Assembly: GCA_051362555.1 (NCBI GenBank)
Contig: CM120642.1
Coordinates: 9,238,001-9,302,000, forward strand
From: Lingula anatina
Taxonomy: Eukaryota > Animalia > Brachiopoda
Length of the DNA: 64,000 nt
Direction of reading: 5' to 3'
A program made the translations under genes and the position numbers. Below, piece by piece: positions 1 to 13,400 of the stretch (the stretch's first letter is position 1; each line of letters opens with the position of its first letter). A model generated the notes under the pieces. The model did no database searches. It had not been told where the DNA came from and worked only from the letters and a program-made list of their open reading frames with translations.

Positions 1-963
1 AAGCATGTCATTAGAATAAAGTGGAATTTTTTTAACTCCTGGTATGGAAACAATACAAATGTCCCTCACAGGGTTTGGGTCAAATCATTTATGGGTTTCA
101 TTTTTGAGTGGCAGGATTGAACAACGATAACATAAGGCATTTTACTTGGGGGCCGTAAACAGTGCAGTCTTGCTGGTCCGTGGTTTTTCAACAGTACAGT
201 AGCACATTTTTTGCTTATAGTCAGTGAATATTACAATTCCCTCAAAGTGAGACATAGAGCAAGGTCTGGATCACAATTTTTGAAGCATTTCAGGATATTT
301 TTTCCACCACAACGGAATTGATAAGGAGGAATGTAACAGCTTGGCTTATCCAGTACTTCATTGTCAGGATAAAAAGCGTCTGAGTCCTGACCACAGTGTG
401 GATGTTTTAAGGATTTTAATACCACAATTGTGGCGACTGGAGTGATTAGGTGGAATGTTGGCCCCTTTTTTTCCCTCAGCTGTGCCCGTTCTGGACCAAG
501 TTACATAGCTAACATTGTTTGTGGTGCTGTGACTAAACTGGATGGTTAGAAATGAGACAAGTTCATCTCCTGGATTGAAGATTTCACTGAAGTAGTGAGG
601 ACACTGTCTTTTTTTGTCTCCAAGTTCAACATTCAGGTCTGATAGTACTGGTATCAGAAGGACATTAGGAGATATTTCAGCTGGAATTTGCTCAATTAGA
701 TTGTTTCAAGGAAATAGGAAGAGAGCTAAATATGGTAGCCCAGGAATATGAGACAAAGGCTCCACCGCCATATTATTTACACATTTTAAAAGACAGACTT
801 TTTCCACAAGAGAGACACAATACAACTGAGAGTTTGAGCACAAGCAAGTCATTCATACGCAAACTTATCTGCTGTGCCAGACAGCAGGAGAAACGTAGAC
901 AGTCAAAAAGCGATAGTTGTATATATATGAATGTTCAGAAACATTGTGATGGATATTTTACAG

Positions 964-3900
964 AGACCAATCAGATTGAAGATCCAAGACAACAATGGCG
1001 GCACCAACAAGAAGAAATGCTGCAAGAATATCTGGTGACAGCCAACGAAGATTTAGACGTGAGTTTAAATTTTTATTTCTAATGATTGTTTACAGTAGAT
1101 TGAATGTAATCTTTATGAAGGCCTTGTGTTTAAGATTTTCTTCTTAATATTATATCTTTTTAAGTTAAATTGCATTTAAGTTTCCCCCTAGAATGGGCAT
1201 GTTATTTTCATCTTCGTCTGTTTATAATTTATTTTTACATTCCACTCGCGTTGGTTTAGTTGTAGACCACACTTAGTCATTTTGAGGTTATTGAACGTGA
1301 CTTCAGTCACGTGTTGGAATGGAGTTTTCTGAACAGTTGCTACAAATAAATGTTCAAAGGTTTGCATGTAATTGTATATTAACCAGGACGAAATAAGAAA
1401 AAAGTAAAGCAAACAGGTGTTCATGCTGTGTTTGTGGGCTAGGTCCTGCTTAAAGATGACACCCTGCTTAAACATTTGTGTATCAATGTGGTTGGGTAGT
1501 ATTATACAGTTAAACTGATGGGCAAAGAAAAGCAATTGAAAAGAAAGACTGAGAAGGAATCTCAATAACTTTTGATGAACAATGGATTTTAATTTGCTCA
1601 GTTCATTGATAAAAAGAATGTTTAAAAATTGAGAAACACAATATGCATGGACCTAGAATTCTTATTTAGTCATCTTTAAGTTCTAGAGGTCTGACAGTGT
1701 CTCAGTTATGAAAAAAAAAACATAATTGATCATAAAGAAATATTCTTTATTAACTCCTAAATTCACAGAATCTTCCCCTGTTGAAAGCTGACAAATGTTT
1801 CCTTTGGCCTCACTGTCTGTATTGAGTTTAGTCAACAGACACTAGCTCTCTGAATGGCAGAAATGCCAGGATCCAGGCTGCATCCTACAATCTTCCTGCG
1901 GAACAAGGTTGATCTTGTTCTGCAAGAATTTTATCTTAATTCTACATCATCCTCGGCTGGTCTGACAATTACCTGGTTAGCTAACAGATGCTGTAGAAAT
2001 CTGCCAACACAGATTTTTTTGTGCAGTCATTAGCCTCCCATCTTCCTTGGAATTTTATCGGAATCATTCATCTGCCGCAAATATGATAAATATTAAACTA
2101 TCTGGCAGATTAGATAGTGTTGGCAAATATAGACTATTTTTCTGAACAAACAGAAGAGTCCTTTTGTATAATTATTCAAACGAAATGTGATTGTAAAATC
2201 AGTTCTTATAAAATTTTAATTGAATTCACCAAGAAAAAAAAAAAAAAACAAGTCCGATTTTCTGTTTGAAGGAAAGTCAGTGCCCAACTTCTCCAACATG
2301 TTTCAAAAATTAGGCTATATTTTCTTGTTAAAGGTAAATATAGGATTCCAGCTTGATCCCTCTCCCTCTCTCCAAGTAAAACCAGTGGCCTCTTCACACG
2401 GTAGTTGTTATTGAACAAGATTGCCAAAGTGTGCCCAGTGTTTACCTTCTGATTAACCACTCAGACTGAATACCACAAGCATTATTTCATAGGCTATTTT
2501 TATCCCCGTTGGAGAATTTGGACTGCGTTCAAGCCAGGACTGTTTTGGATTGACTATCTTTCTGAATTACCTCATGAGACAACCTGATAACAGATTGATA
2601 TTATTGTGTCCCATACTTAAAAATGTGAAGGTTATTTAAAATTGAAAAATGAGACTTAGGTTATGCAAGTCAGGCTAATATATGTGATAGTGAGCCAAAA
2701 GTAGCCCGGTCTAACATCTAGACTCAAGTTGTCTGCAACATACTTTCACCTTAACATCTTTCCTCTGTTGGATTATATATATCCTATAAAAGATGAAAGG
2801 CATATTTCTTTTTTTTTTCCAAAAAGTGATGTTTCTGATTGTGGTGGTGGAATATATCTTTTATTGCTCCAAAAAGAAAGATTTGAAGCAAGTTCAGAAC
2901 TGCATGAACTTGAACTTGATATTGTGAAACTGATGTCATCAAATGATCAGATCACCCCTTAACTTGCCACGTATGACAATTTAAAAGGATGTGTTAAAGC
3001 ACCTGCTAGTAGCTTTTGTGTTGCAAAATAAAACTTAAAGATATATTGATTTGTGTATTGAATATTTGGTACTAGTGACGTTAAAGATAGTATAAAGAGC
3101 AACAATTGTTCAAAATTATTTTACCAGCATGATTGTGTTTATCCACTTTATTTTTATTTTAGGCCAAAAAGGAAATCTTTCAGTTGAAACAGCAGAGGCT
3201 TCAACTAGCTCAAGATGAATTTGAAAACTTAAATGATGCCCTGGCCCACTGGAAGGCCTCCAGGACAAGCTGTGAGTATCCAACAAATAGCTCAGATTTG
3301 AAAAACATTAAAATTTCATAGTATTTTGAAATATGCTTTCTAGTATTGTAATATGTTTAGAAATGTTTTTTTTTTTTTTTAAGAATATGGTTTCATCAAA
3401 CAGACACATTATGCTAGTGGTGTAGAAGAAGTTTATTTTCTCCCCATGTTTTCTCCGCTGTGCCCTTGGAATTTACATGCATGTCTGTTTTGAAGATTTA
3501 TATAAAAAAGGGTGTTTACATCACCTGTCTGGAAGGATGGAATGTTCAGTGACAAAAGGTTAAATTCTAAAGATGGCCAAGAACTTGACTGGCAAAATGG
3601 AATTACAAATTATTTTTACAATTGCTGTTCTAGACCATATATTTCCTTTTTATCCACACAGAGGGATGTCAAAAGTTATAGCTGTGAGGAGAAGGCAATT
3701 TTTTTTATAGTCTGCAATCTCTCAAGTCGTGAGTAAGCTATATTTATAATGTTGTTTACTACTTCTGAGGCATATTTGTGGGAAGATGGTTGGGTAAACA
3801 GACATTTTATTTGCACCTTAATGTTTGCATGGTAGCACATTAAGAAAACAACTGGGTTACATTACGGCCGCGATTTCACATAGAAAGAGAAAGCTCAATA

Positions 3901-6900
3901 AAAGGTTGGCTGGGTGGTTGAAATAAATGAATGGAAGCAATCATGGGTTGAAAGTATAGTTAAAGTACAGACTTTTTATCCCAAAAGGACATTGTTCATG
4001 CCTTCTGAAGAAAACTTGGAACACTTAATAATTTCAGGCATTCATCATTATTGATGAGCTTTTGTAAATAAATTAATGATTATTTTAAATCAAAGAAGTG
4101 CCAAAAAAACAGAAGACACATTTCAAACATGGTTAGGGATTTTGCAAAGTGAAACCTGGGACTCATGTAAATATTTTTAAACCTAGGGTGAGAAATTGTC
4201 AGTGAGGCGAGAACTTTCTGACACCTTGGTCACAGGTTTGGTGTGTTATTATTTATCCCAGACACCTCTCACCTCTCCTCTCCTCTCTCTCTAAGCTTGC
4301 CTTACATTACATTACATGACCATCAAAGAGCAATAAACATCAGGAAGGTATGCTTTGATCTCTGCCTGGAGATAGGACTTACAAATCTTTTCCACCAGAT
4401 TCCAATGTGGAGGCGAAGGTTTTCCATTATGAGGTGTTCGGTTCTGCATTACATCTCGGTATTGCTGTGGAATGTATTGTCTTAATGTATGCTTTGATAC
4501 TTATAGCCCAAAGATACAGGCACATGTGCTGTCTGTCTGTTTTTTGCAACAAGTAGGAGTTTGGATATTCAAGTTTTTGTTTTCATTTATTCAAGAACAG
4601 AAGCCATCATTTCATTTAGAGTTTATCCTCCACCTCTCCCCCAACCTACTCCTACCACCACAGTAAAAACTAAAAGAAGTTTTTAAAAATATTTATATAA
4701 AGAATGACTTTGCTGTTGCATTATATGTTATGAGGTTAATCTGGTGAAGTTCTTAAGAACATGTTTAAAGACTGAATATATTTTGTGTTTAGATGTGCCA
4801 ATGAAATGACAATTCACCATTGGTCTTTTCATGTTTAGGTCTTCTGGTTGAATATTTTAATTTCTGTTTTAAAACAAAAGAGGTGTGAAGGTGTTTAGTT
4901 TGGTCTGTATTTGGCAAATATAATCCTTTTAATAGGGAAATTCTTTATGTGAATGTTTTCATATTTTGAGGTTAAAAAAAAAGTATTGGAACTGAAAGCA
5001 GACTTCTTGCTGTGTTGATAAGAAAGAGAAGCACATGTTGTTTATCACCCAACAATCAAACATCATTTGTTGCTGTGAAACTGTTAGCCATTTCTTGTTT
5101 GGATTTCAAAATTCAAAACATTAATTAGTAGGTTTTGAACAACAAAAATAAAGTTTGGTTTTTCCCTCCCTAATTATCCTTATTAGTAAGTTTCCTTACA
5201 GAACTTTCACTGAGAAGTGTATTTCAACAGCGATGAAAATACACTGACATTATTAATAGTTTTATTAATTTTATATGAATGAAATATAAATTTCTATCTG
5301 TGAGTTAAGCAGAAATTGTCTGCCTTCATCACATAGAGTGATATTTAGTAGAAGTGAAGATCTGTATCAGAGAGAGACCTCATCAAATTAACACCTTAAA
5401 ACAAAAAAACTTTTTTGTAATCTAACATTCATGGTTGTTCCTTTGAAAAGATTACACAATGTCTAAGGCAGCACCATTCAGGTGATTGCCCAGTACAGAG
5501 AGGGTACCCCATCTATTAAAAGTGTACTCATTGTCACATAAGCCAGACTTCATACCTGTGCTTGACCCATCCCATTGCATTCCACACTAATATATAGGCT
5601 GACATCTCCTGGGATGTCATCCCGCACTGGTAACAATTCCACCACAGACTTATCAAGGGAAAGGAATGAATGATGCATTTTTATTATTATCATTATTTTT
5701 ATTTATGCCGGGTATTTTGACATTCAAAGAGCTTGGTCTCATTACTGTAAATGGGAAATAGGGCTTTCATGAGTTTGCATTCCTGAGGAGATAGATTACC
5801 TTATGAAAGCAATTCTGGAATTCCTTTCTCTGGTACATTTGAGTGTGTAATATTTTGATGATGTAAATGCCAGTTGTCTTGTTATGCCTAATTGGAGACT
5901 GCTATTTGTTTATACTTCAGAGTTCATTATTAGAATGCAAAATAATAACGCCTAATCATTCAGACAAAAAAAATGAGAAGAAATAAATGTGAGATGCAAC
6001 AGAAATAATCCGAGAAAGATGAAGAAGGAAATGATAGAGATAAAGAGAGAGAAGTCAGTGAGAATAGAAAATTTGATGTTTGATGTTTGAAAATCTTAAT
6101 TTCCTTTAGAAGTGTAAAGATGGGGCTTCTCTTTATGAAATCTCTTCTCCTCCCCCTCCCTCCATTCACCCCCCCCCCCCCCCGCCCCCATCCCCTCCAT
6201 ATTCTCTGCATCACTTTAACATGCTTGGCCTGATAACCATCGCTGTTTTACCAGTGAACCATGACCTGTGACAGGCACCACTATGACCACGGTGAGAGCT
6301 CACACAATGATGGCAAAGATAGCAGCTATATTAAAAAGCTCTCTGGTTGTATTTTATATGAAACTGTAGTGGTTATTTCCTAGTTGGTATAAAAGTACTG
6401 TTATTCCATTTGGAAGTGTATTTGTATCATAAAAGAACACTATTGATTTTATTAGTATAAAGTAATACACACACTCACTATCTCTCTCTCTCTCTTTGAA
6501 TGTGCTGTAGTCGAACATCTTTGGAAGTCAGAATTGACCACGAGCTAACTTTGTTACATATCATGGACATTGTTTAATATAAGCCAACATCTAAGAAAAG
6601 AATGACAGTTAAAGGCACAATTACAGTGACTATTTATCTCTATTTGTATTCCATTTGTAGTACCAATATTGTATAATCATAACTAATATTTACACATTAT
6701 AAGGACAATAAAAGTCATTTTGACACACACTGTCTACCAAATGTCCAAGGCATGTTTTTACACACCCTGTTTACCTGAATTTGAATGGAATAAATTAAAT
6801 AATTTTAAGTAATATATATACACTTTAAAAGGACAATGTAAATCATTATCACAAGTCACAGTTGATATTTACTTTCATTCCATTTGTATAATATACCTAG

Positions 6901-7404
6901 ATATTTTAAATTACTGCTAATATTTGCACAGGAAGATAAGAAAATATTTTAGAAATATTCCGCTGCATCCACTGTTACCAGTGACTCTGAGGCATTTTGA
7001 CATTGCTTACATGTGAAAGCATTGTGCACATTAGTACAACATCATAAGGCATCAGCAGAAATTGCCATGTTCCGTGGTAATTGGGTTGATGACAACATGA
7101 GAAAATTGCTTTTTTTCACTACCACATGCCAGTTTTAAATAGAAGTCTCATCTCTTGTGATAGAAACACATACCATACAAATGAGAAATTTACAGTTAAT
7201 TCAAGACCATGTGTGTGACAGTGACAATAAGGATAGCATGGGAAGAAGGCCTTTTGATGTTAAATAGTGGGAATCATGACAGGTGTTTCTGTTGTTGTAG
7301 GACATCTGCCTCCCACACACACACACACCTGTCAGGTAACAGCACTGGACAGCACTGTGAGAGTCATGGAATATTTGGTTAATATGTAATTCAGGATCTC
7401 TCTC

Positions 7405-7435
<31 letters not shown>

Positions 7436-10400
7436 TTTCCCCTTCCACTGCTCCCACTCCCTTGATCCCTACAAATATACCAGTCAGGCTGAAGAGTGCT
7501 GGACTATCAAATTTATAGTGAAATCACTTGCACTTAGTTTTTGTTTTCTCTCTATCTCAAGCCCCCCCCCCCCCCCCCCCCCCCTTTTATATGCACTCTA
7601 ATGTTTTCTACAGACACACCTGCAGGGTAATGGGCTGCTGGACATCAGTGAATCACAATGGATTTGATGGATGTCTGCTTTATGCATTAAAGGTTCAGTC
7701 CCTGTTTGCATGGATGAAATATCATGGATATTGTCTACACGTGTATATAAAGTACGTATGTATAGAAAACTTTGGTTTTAACTTTCAGACAAAAGTTTGT
7801 TTACTTTCACCCAAGATAAATCAGTTGTATTGGAATTATATAAAATACTCCAATTGCTTTATAACAAGGAAGAAGGGGCCAGTAATTTATGCCACAGATA
7901 CTCTTTTTTAATGGAGTGTTACACATTTATCTGAAACTTAAATTAACCAAATTGTGGTCGAAAGTTAAGGCCAAATTTCAGTATTAATTTCACTTGTGAA
8001 ACTGGGCCCCAGTGAAGAAAATTTTTACACCAGTCTTACAGCACAGATCGACTAGACACCAAAATTCCTGCAGACAGCATTATAATTTCTTCATTTCCAT
8101 ACACATCTTTCTTCCAAGCAAACAAAACTCGGGAGTCATATGACAGTAATGGAGTCATCGGAGAGATCAGATAAATGTTGACACAGGAAGCGTGTTGAAT
8201 AGAGAGGGGCTTCAGTTTTCTGATTTATTCACCACAAATATGTCTACTCAGGCTCAGTCGTTTCTTTACATGCTGACTTGGATTTCCAACAACTAGTTTA
8301 CCTACAGTTTACACCTTGACATAACTTCTTTATATTTGAGTCTTAGGTGATTTTTCCCTTTTTTACTCATTTAATTTTAGGCTCCTGATTGATTATTCTT
8401 TTTTTTTTTTCCTTGGGCATATCAGATGACTAAAAGATAATGATATTTATATTTCATAATAATAAAAAATGTACTCTTTCTTTCTTTCTTTTTTAACTTA
8501 AAACTTTCAGAAATTTCCTCCCTGTTTTCTTAGTTTCCAACTGTCTTTTATTTGGTTTACACATCCCTGTTTCCCAGAATTGGCACTTTTGCAAACTTAA
8601 AACATTTAGCCTTATTTTTCAAGGAAAGGAAAGTGTGCACAGTCTGCGTGCTAACTTAAAGCTACAAAGTGATCCAGTGCACATACTTTTCAAACAAGAA
8701 AATGTGAAATGTTGCCAAAAAGGGTACATTCCTTCAGTGGCACACTAAGTTAAAGTTATAAAAACAGCTTGTCTTTAACTCTAAGAATTTCGGGGGCCTA
8801 CATTATACAGAGCAGTGCCCGTATTACCCTCAACTTGAGGGTACCATGCGTACATGGTGGCCATAAGAAATGGGAATTTTGAACTTATTAGTACACTATG
8901 TTTACTGTGTTAAATGAATGCCATGCTACTACTCTGGAAATTTAGTTCAGTTCATGCCTTTTATATTTTTAATCTAATTAACATGTGGTTTGGAGGCAGA
9001 ATGTGAACAACAACAATTTTTCTGCACTAAATGATTCTGTAAAGGTATGAAAAGATTGCCATGTGATTTTTTAAAGGTAGCTTTCTTAGAATGTGGGGAA
9101 GGAAAACATTGTTACTCAGATATATCTACCAGTTTAACTGAAGTGTATAATCTGCCCTCTGCTAATGTGACCATTATTTATTTGATAACAAAATAAATGA
9201 ATGAATTATTTTTCCCAAAGAGTGTTACGAAAGTCAAATATGTAGAAAAAGTGAAATGTCGTAACAAGTATGTCATTTGGAAATTTGGGGTAATGACCAC
9301 ATACCAGTATCTCACCTAAATGACCAGATCATGCTTGAACTAACCAGCAACTGTTTTTACTTTCTTAGTCAAATGTAAGACTTGAGCAGTTTGCCAGGCA
9401 AGTTTTGCAACAGGCAGTGTAACATACTGCAGGGTTTATTTTGAAAATAGCTGGCTTGTATCTTACATGTAGCTGTTGGAGGTTGTGTGTTTTGCACCAT
9501 AGGGGGTGTTTTGGATCTTGGAGAATTTTTGCGAGTTCCAGGGATTGCTTAGCAACCAGACTTCTGTACTTTTGTATTCATTAAAAACTTCGGATATTGT
9601 CAAACAAGTGTTGGTAGGAAGTAAAGAAATCATTGATGAATTTTTTTTAATCAAGAAAGGATGGTTAGGGGGAGGGGGTTGGGATGCTGACTGTTAGTTG
9701 TGTGGATATGTGGATAAGACTGGAAGTTAAATGGTTAAAAAAATAGTGATGGTTTAGGTGCAATCACTGTACTGGTATTTAGTAGGGTGGAAGCAAAGAA
9801 AATTTTGTGTATTTTCCCAGATTTGAGCTAACTTTTGCCATTTATAATAAATCAAGAGTAGGAGGGATTTTGTGAAGAGAGATAGAGAAAAAATAGAACA
9901 AAAGGTTTTTATTCTCTAAAAGCCAAAAGTCGGTGCATCATCAAAGAAAAATGCTTGGTTCTCACTGGAACATCAAGAACACACGAACACACGTGGATCT
10001 GTTTCCAAGTTTACTCGTTTGAAAAACAAAAAGCATTCACCAGTCGGTAACATCCACAAACACATTCCTGCTGCACAGTGGGGTGGCTGAAAAAGTTCTG
10101 TAGGAAAAAAATCCTCTCCTTCACAATTGGGTCCAGGTGAGGTTCAAAACCCAATGAAATGGAAGTCGCATGGCATGAGTGAAGTTTCCCTCACACTATC
10201 ATACAGTGTAGCTGGTTGTTCTTGTTTAGCATAAAAAATTGGAAGTCTGTCACATTTCAGGCCAAGTCTCTTTGTGTTTAAACCTGCTGCTCACTGATAG
10301 TTGCTTTGTTAGAAACTTTGAATATTTCAAATCCAATTATCTCAAGTGCATTCCAATTATTAAATTCTTTTTTAAGACATTTTTTTCAGCCTGAAAGAAT

Positions 10401-13400
10401 AAAAAATTGTCATTTTTGAATGAATTTTGAACAAGGTGTTTATTTCTTCCAGTGAACTCCAACTCCAGTGTCGGCAGCACCAAGCATGATCCGGACCTAC
10501 TGCGAGCAGATGTGGCCTTGGCAAAAAACAGAGTGGCACGCCTTAAGCGTGAGCTTGAACAGATACGAACAGAGATGCAGTACAAGGAACAGGGTGTGGA
10601 AACCTTGCAGCAGTAAGTGGCTCCACCTGCCAGAAAAAAAAATATATGCAAAGGCTCTGCTCATTCAGGACTCCCTAAAACGGAAAATATGCTGATTTTT
10701 CTAAGGCCTTTTGGACTCGTTCAAAGCCATCATTCAAAAAAAAAATTTTTTTTTTGTCATAAACTGTTGTGGAAGCTCATCACTGGTATGTGCTTTTGAC
10801 AAAGATATTTTTTAACTTTACTCCAACCAGTAGTCTGAAATGACCCTATCTGGAAAGAGAGCAATTTGATTTTCCATGTTATTTGAGCCAGGCTGTATAA
10901 AATTCAGTCGATCCAAGTACAGGGCTAACACCAAATGTTAGGCAGCATGTTTCAGATATTTGAGCTGGAGTCAATTGAGGAGAGTTCCTATTGAACTAAA
11001 GGAAAAGTCAGATAATCCCCCTATTGAAAGTTGTGTAATTTGTTTGCTGTCTGTGCCCTGGTATTCGTTCTGTCCACACAAACACACTCACAAACATGGG
11101 CCATTAAGGTGCTAAATAAGCTGAGGCATGTGCCTCTGTCAGGAAATTGGCTGCAGTTTTGCATGCTAGGATTTTTGTTTTAAGGTTTTAACTGAGGTCG
11201 TAATGTTGTGGTGGTGTTTTGTGTGTGTATGCATGCATGTGTGTGTATGTGTGTGTGTGTGTTTTTTTCTCTCACAAGGGGGGGGGGGGTCAGGATGACA
11301 TTGTTTTGCTTAGATTTAAACTAGGGTGGAGATCAGAATTTACAGCATTTTTGCAGGCAATGTCATTGTTTTTCCCTAGTCCAAAAACAGAGGGGGATTA
11401 AAGCTTAACTGCATTTTTGCATGCCAGGGCTTTGTTGCTATCCCAGCCTGTAATGGAGAAATAAGACTTCTGTGGCCTTCATAAACAGTGTCAGAGGCAT
11501 GTTAATTGGTGAATGTGACTCAGAGAATGAATTTTGAAAACTTCATCTTGATCAGACAGGCGAAGGGGTTTGTGAAAGAAAAATGAGAGGAAGGGAGAGG
11601 GGCAATAATTACAATTTGTGTGCAAAACCTTTGTTTTCGTTTAATCCAGCTGGTAAAGTTTCTTTTGAAAATTAATTGTCTTGGTTAGGCACAATTTAGA
11701 CTGAAATACTTGAGAAGGTCAGCTCCATTGGGTTTTGTATGCCATATATTTTGAAAGAAAAATTGGAATTGGTGGGATCAGAGCCTGGATCAGATTGTTT
11801 ATTGGGGCCTCGCATATTTCTTGTTTCAGACAGACTTTTTTTGTTTTTTTAGTTTTCCCAAAACCAGTGATGAACTAGAGCAGACTAAATTATTAGCAGT
11901 CCAGGTTCATATTTTATATCATTTGTGAAGGATTGGTATTCATTATTTAAGTAATTATCATGCTGCATATTATATAATGAGGGCCATGTTGATGTCTTGC
12001 AGGGAAGTGGTTTGTTGACTAGATGTCACCTCGCCCTTTATTTTTTGGAAATTTGTCCTCTCTCCTGTTAAGTATAACTTTGTCAAACAAATTTACAAAA
12101 AAAGTGACTAAGATCTCTTTATAGATGCTCATCTATTTTGCTACAGCAATAGAGAATTGTTTTATTTCTTAATCCTAAAAGGAGAGACAGTCTACCATAT
12201 TTCATGGGACAGGTAGAAAGGCCTCAGGAATTGAATTTTACCTTGCAGCTTTTAACACATACAGTGATTCTAATACACACATACCTAAGTGTCACTTTTC
12301 AAGTTGAAATTTCCTCTCCAAACAATAAAAGATAGAATCTGTGCCAGAACTCGAAGGCCAAAATAAAATTAGGTTAGTTCACAGTTATTATTTTGATAAA
12401 AATATTTTTAGCTACAGTTTGTCTGCAAGTAAAATCCTACGGCAGCATTCTTCAGTGAGCCAGACTGTTTTTTATTCAACAGCCAGGCTTCTTAAATGTA
12501 AGCAGGAGACAGGGCATAAAATGTCAAATATACTCACAGCCCAGGAGGACTATTGTTTCAATACAGGAGTGACATTCTTTTGTTTAATTTATGGTTGATT
12601 GTGCAGGCGTTGCTGCAAACTTTGACTCTTGGTTGATGAGTTGGTGCCCAGGCTATCTGATATTTAGAAACTATTGGTTAGGGGTCACCAAGAGCATGTT
12701 ACTCACTGCCTGCCATGGTGGTAGGATCTTTAAGTGCAAGGGGAAATGCAAGAGGTGAATTTTTTTTTCTTTGAGAATTTCATGATGTTTTTACATTTTG
12801 AACACATTTTTGGGGATTAAAAAATTTTAATTTTTTTTCCCTTTCAACAATTAAATTTAAAGAGAAAAAAATTTTAGTTACATTTTCTTTTAAAATATAG
12901 CTAAGGATCTAACACAGATTTCACATTCACTTTATGCCAATCACTTAACTCTCATAAAGTGGAAATTATCTTACTCCGCTTGAGTGGGAGGAATGAAGTT
13001 TTAGTGAAGATATGTTAAGTGCCCTATGAATAAATTCCATTGTTTCTTTTTAAAAGTAATTGACCTTGTCTTTTAATAGTAAGTTATGTCTTTATCAATA
13101 AGTGTTTGAAGTACATCTCAGTTGGAATCTTATTTTGCCTCAGTGTATAATGTGGATGGTAGGCCTATCTTTATAGCATGTGCTTTGTAAAACACTTAAT
13201 ATTTCTTAAAAGTGTATATACGGAGTAAAAATAGAGAAATCATTTGCAACTATAACCAAAAATATTATGTCTTTAAAAGATGAATAACAAAATAAAGATA
13301 AATCACAGATATTGTATAATTGGGATTACTGACAGCATAAACCTGACAAAGTCTTCTTTCAAAATGAAGATAGAAAGTAAGAGTATGTTTGCATGGATGT

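Noticed and set aside
1854-1907. ATG-initiated segment MAEMPGSRLHPTIFLRNK as an alternative KIBRA first exon
   Set aside because: The donor (AG|gttgat) is weak and there is no other support.
7875-8010. Possible old MITE (ggggccagt ... actgggcccc)
   Set aside because: The inverted ends are short and imperfect and no TSD is evident.
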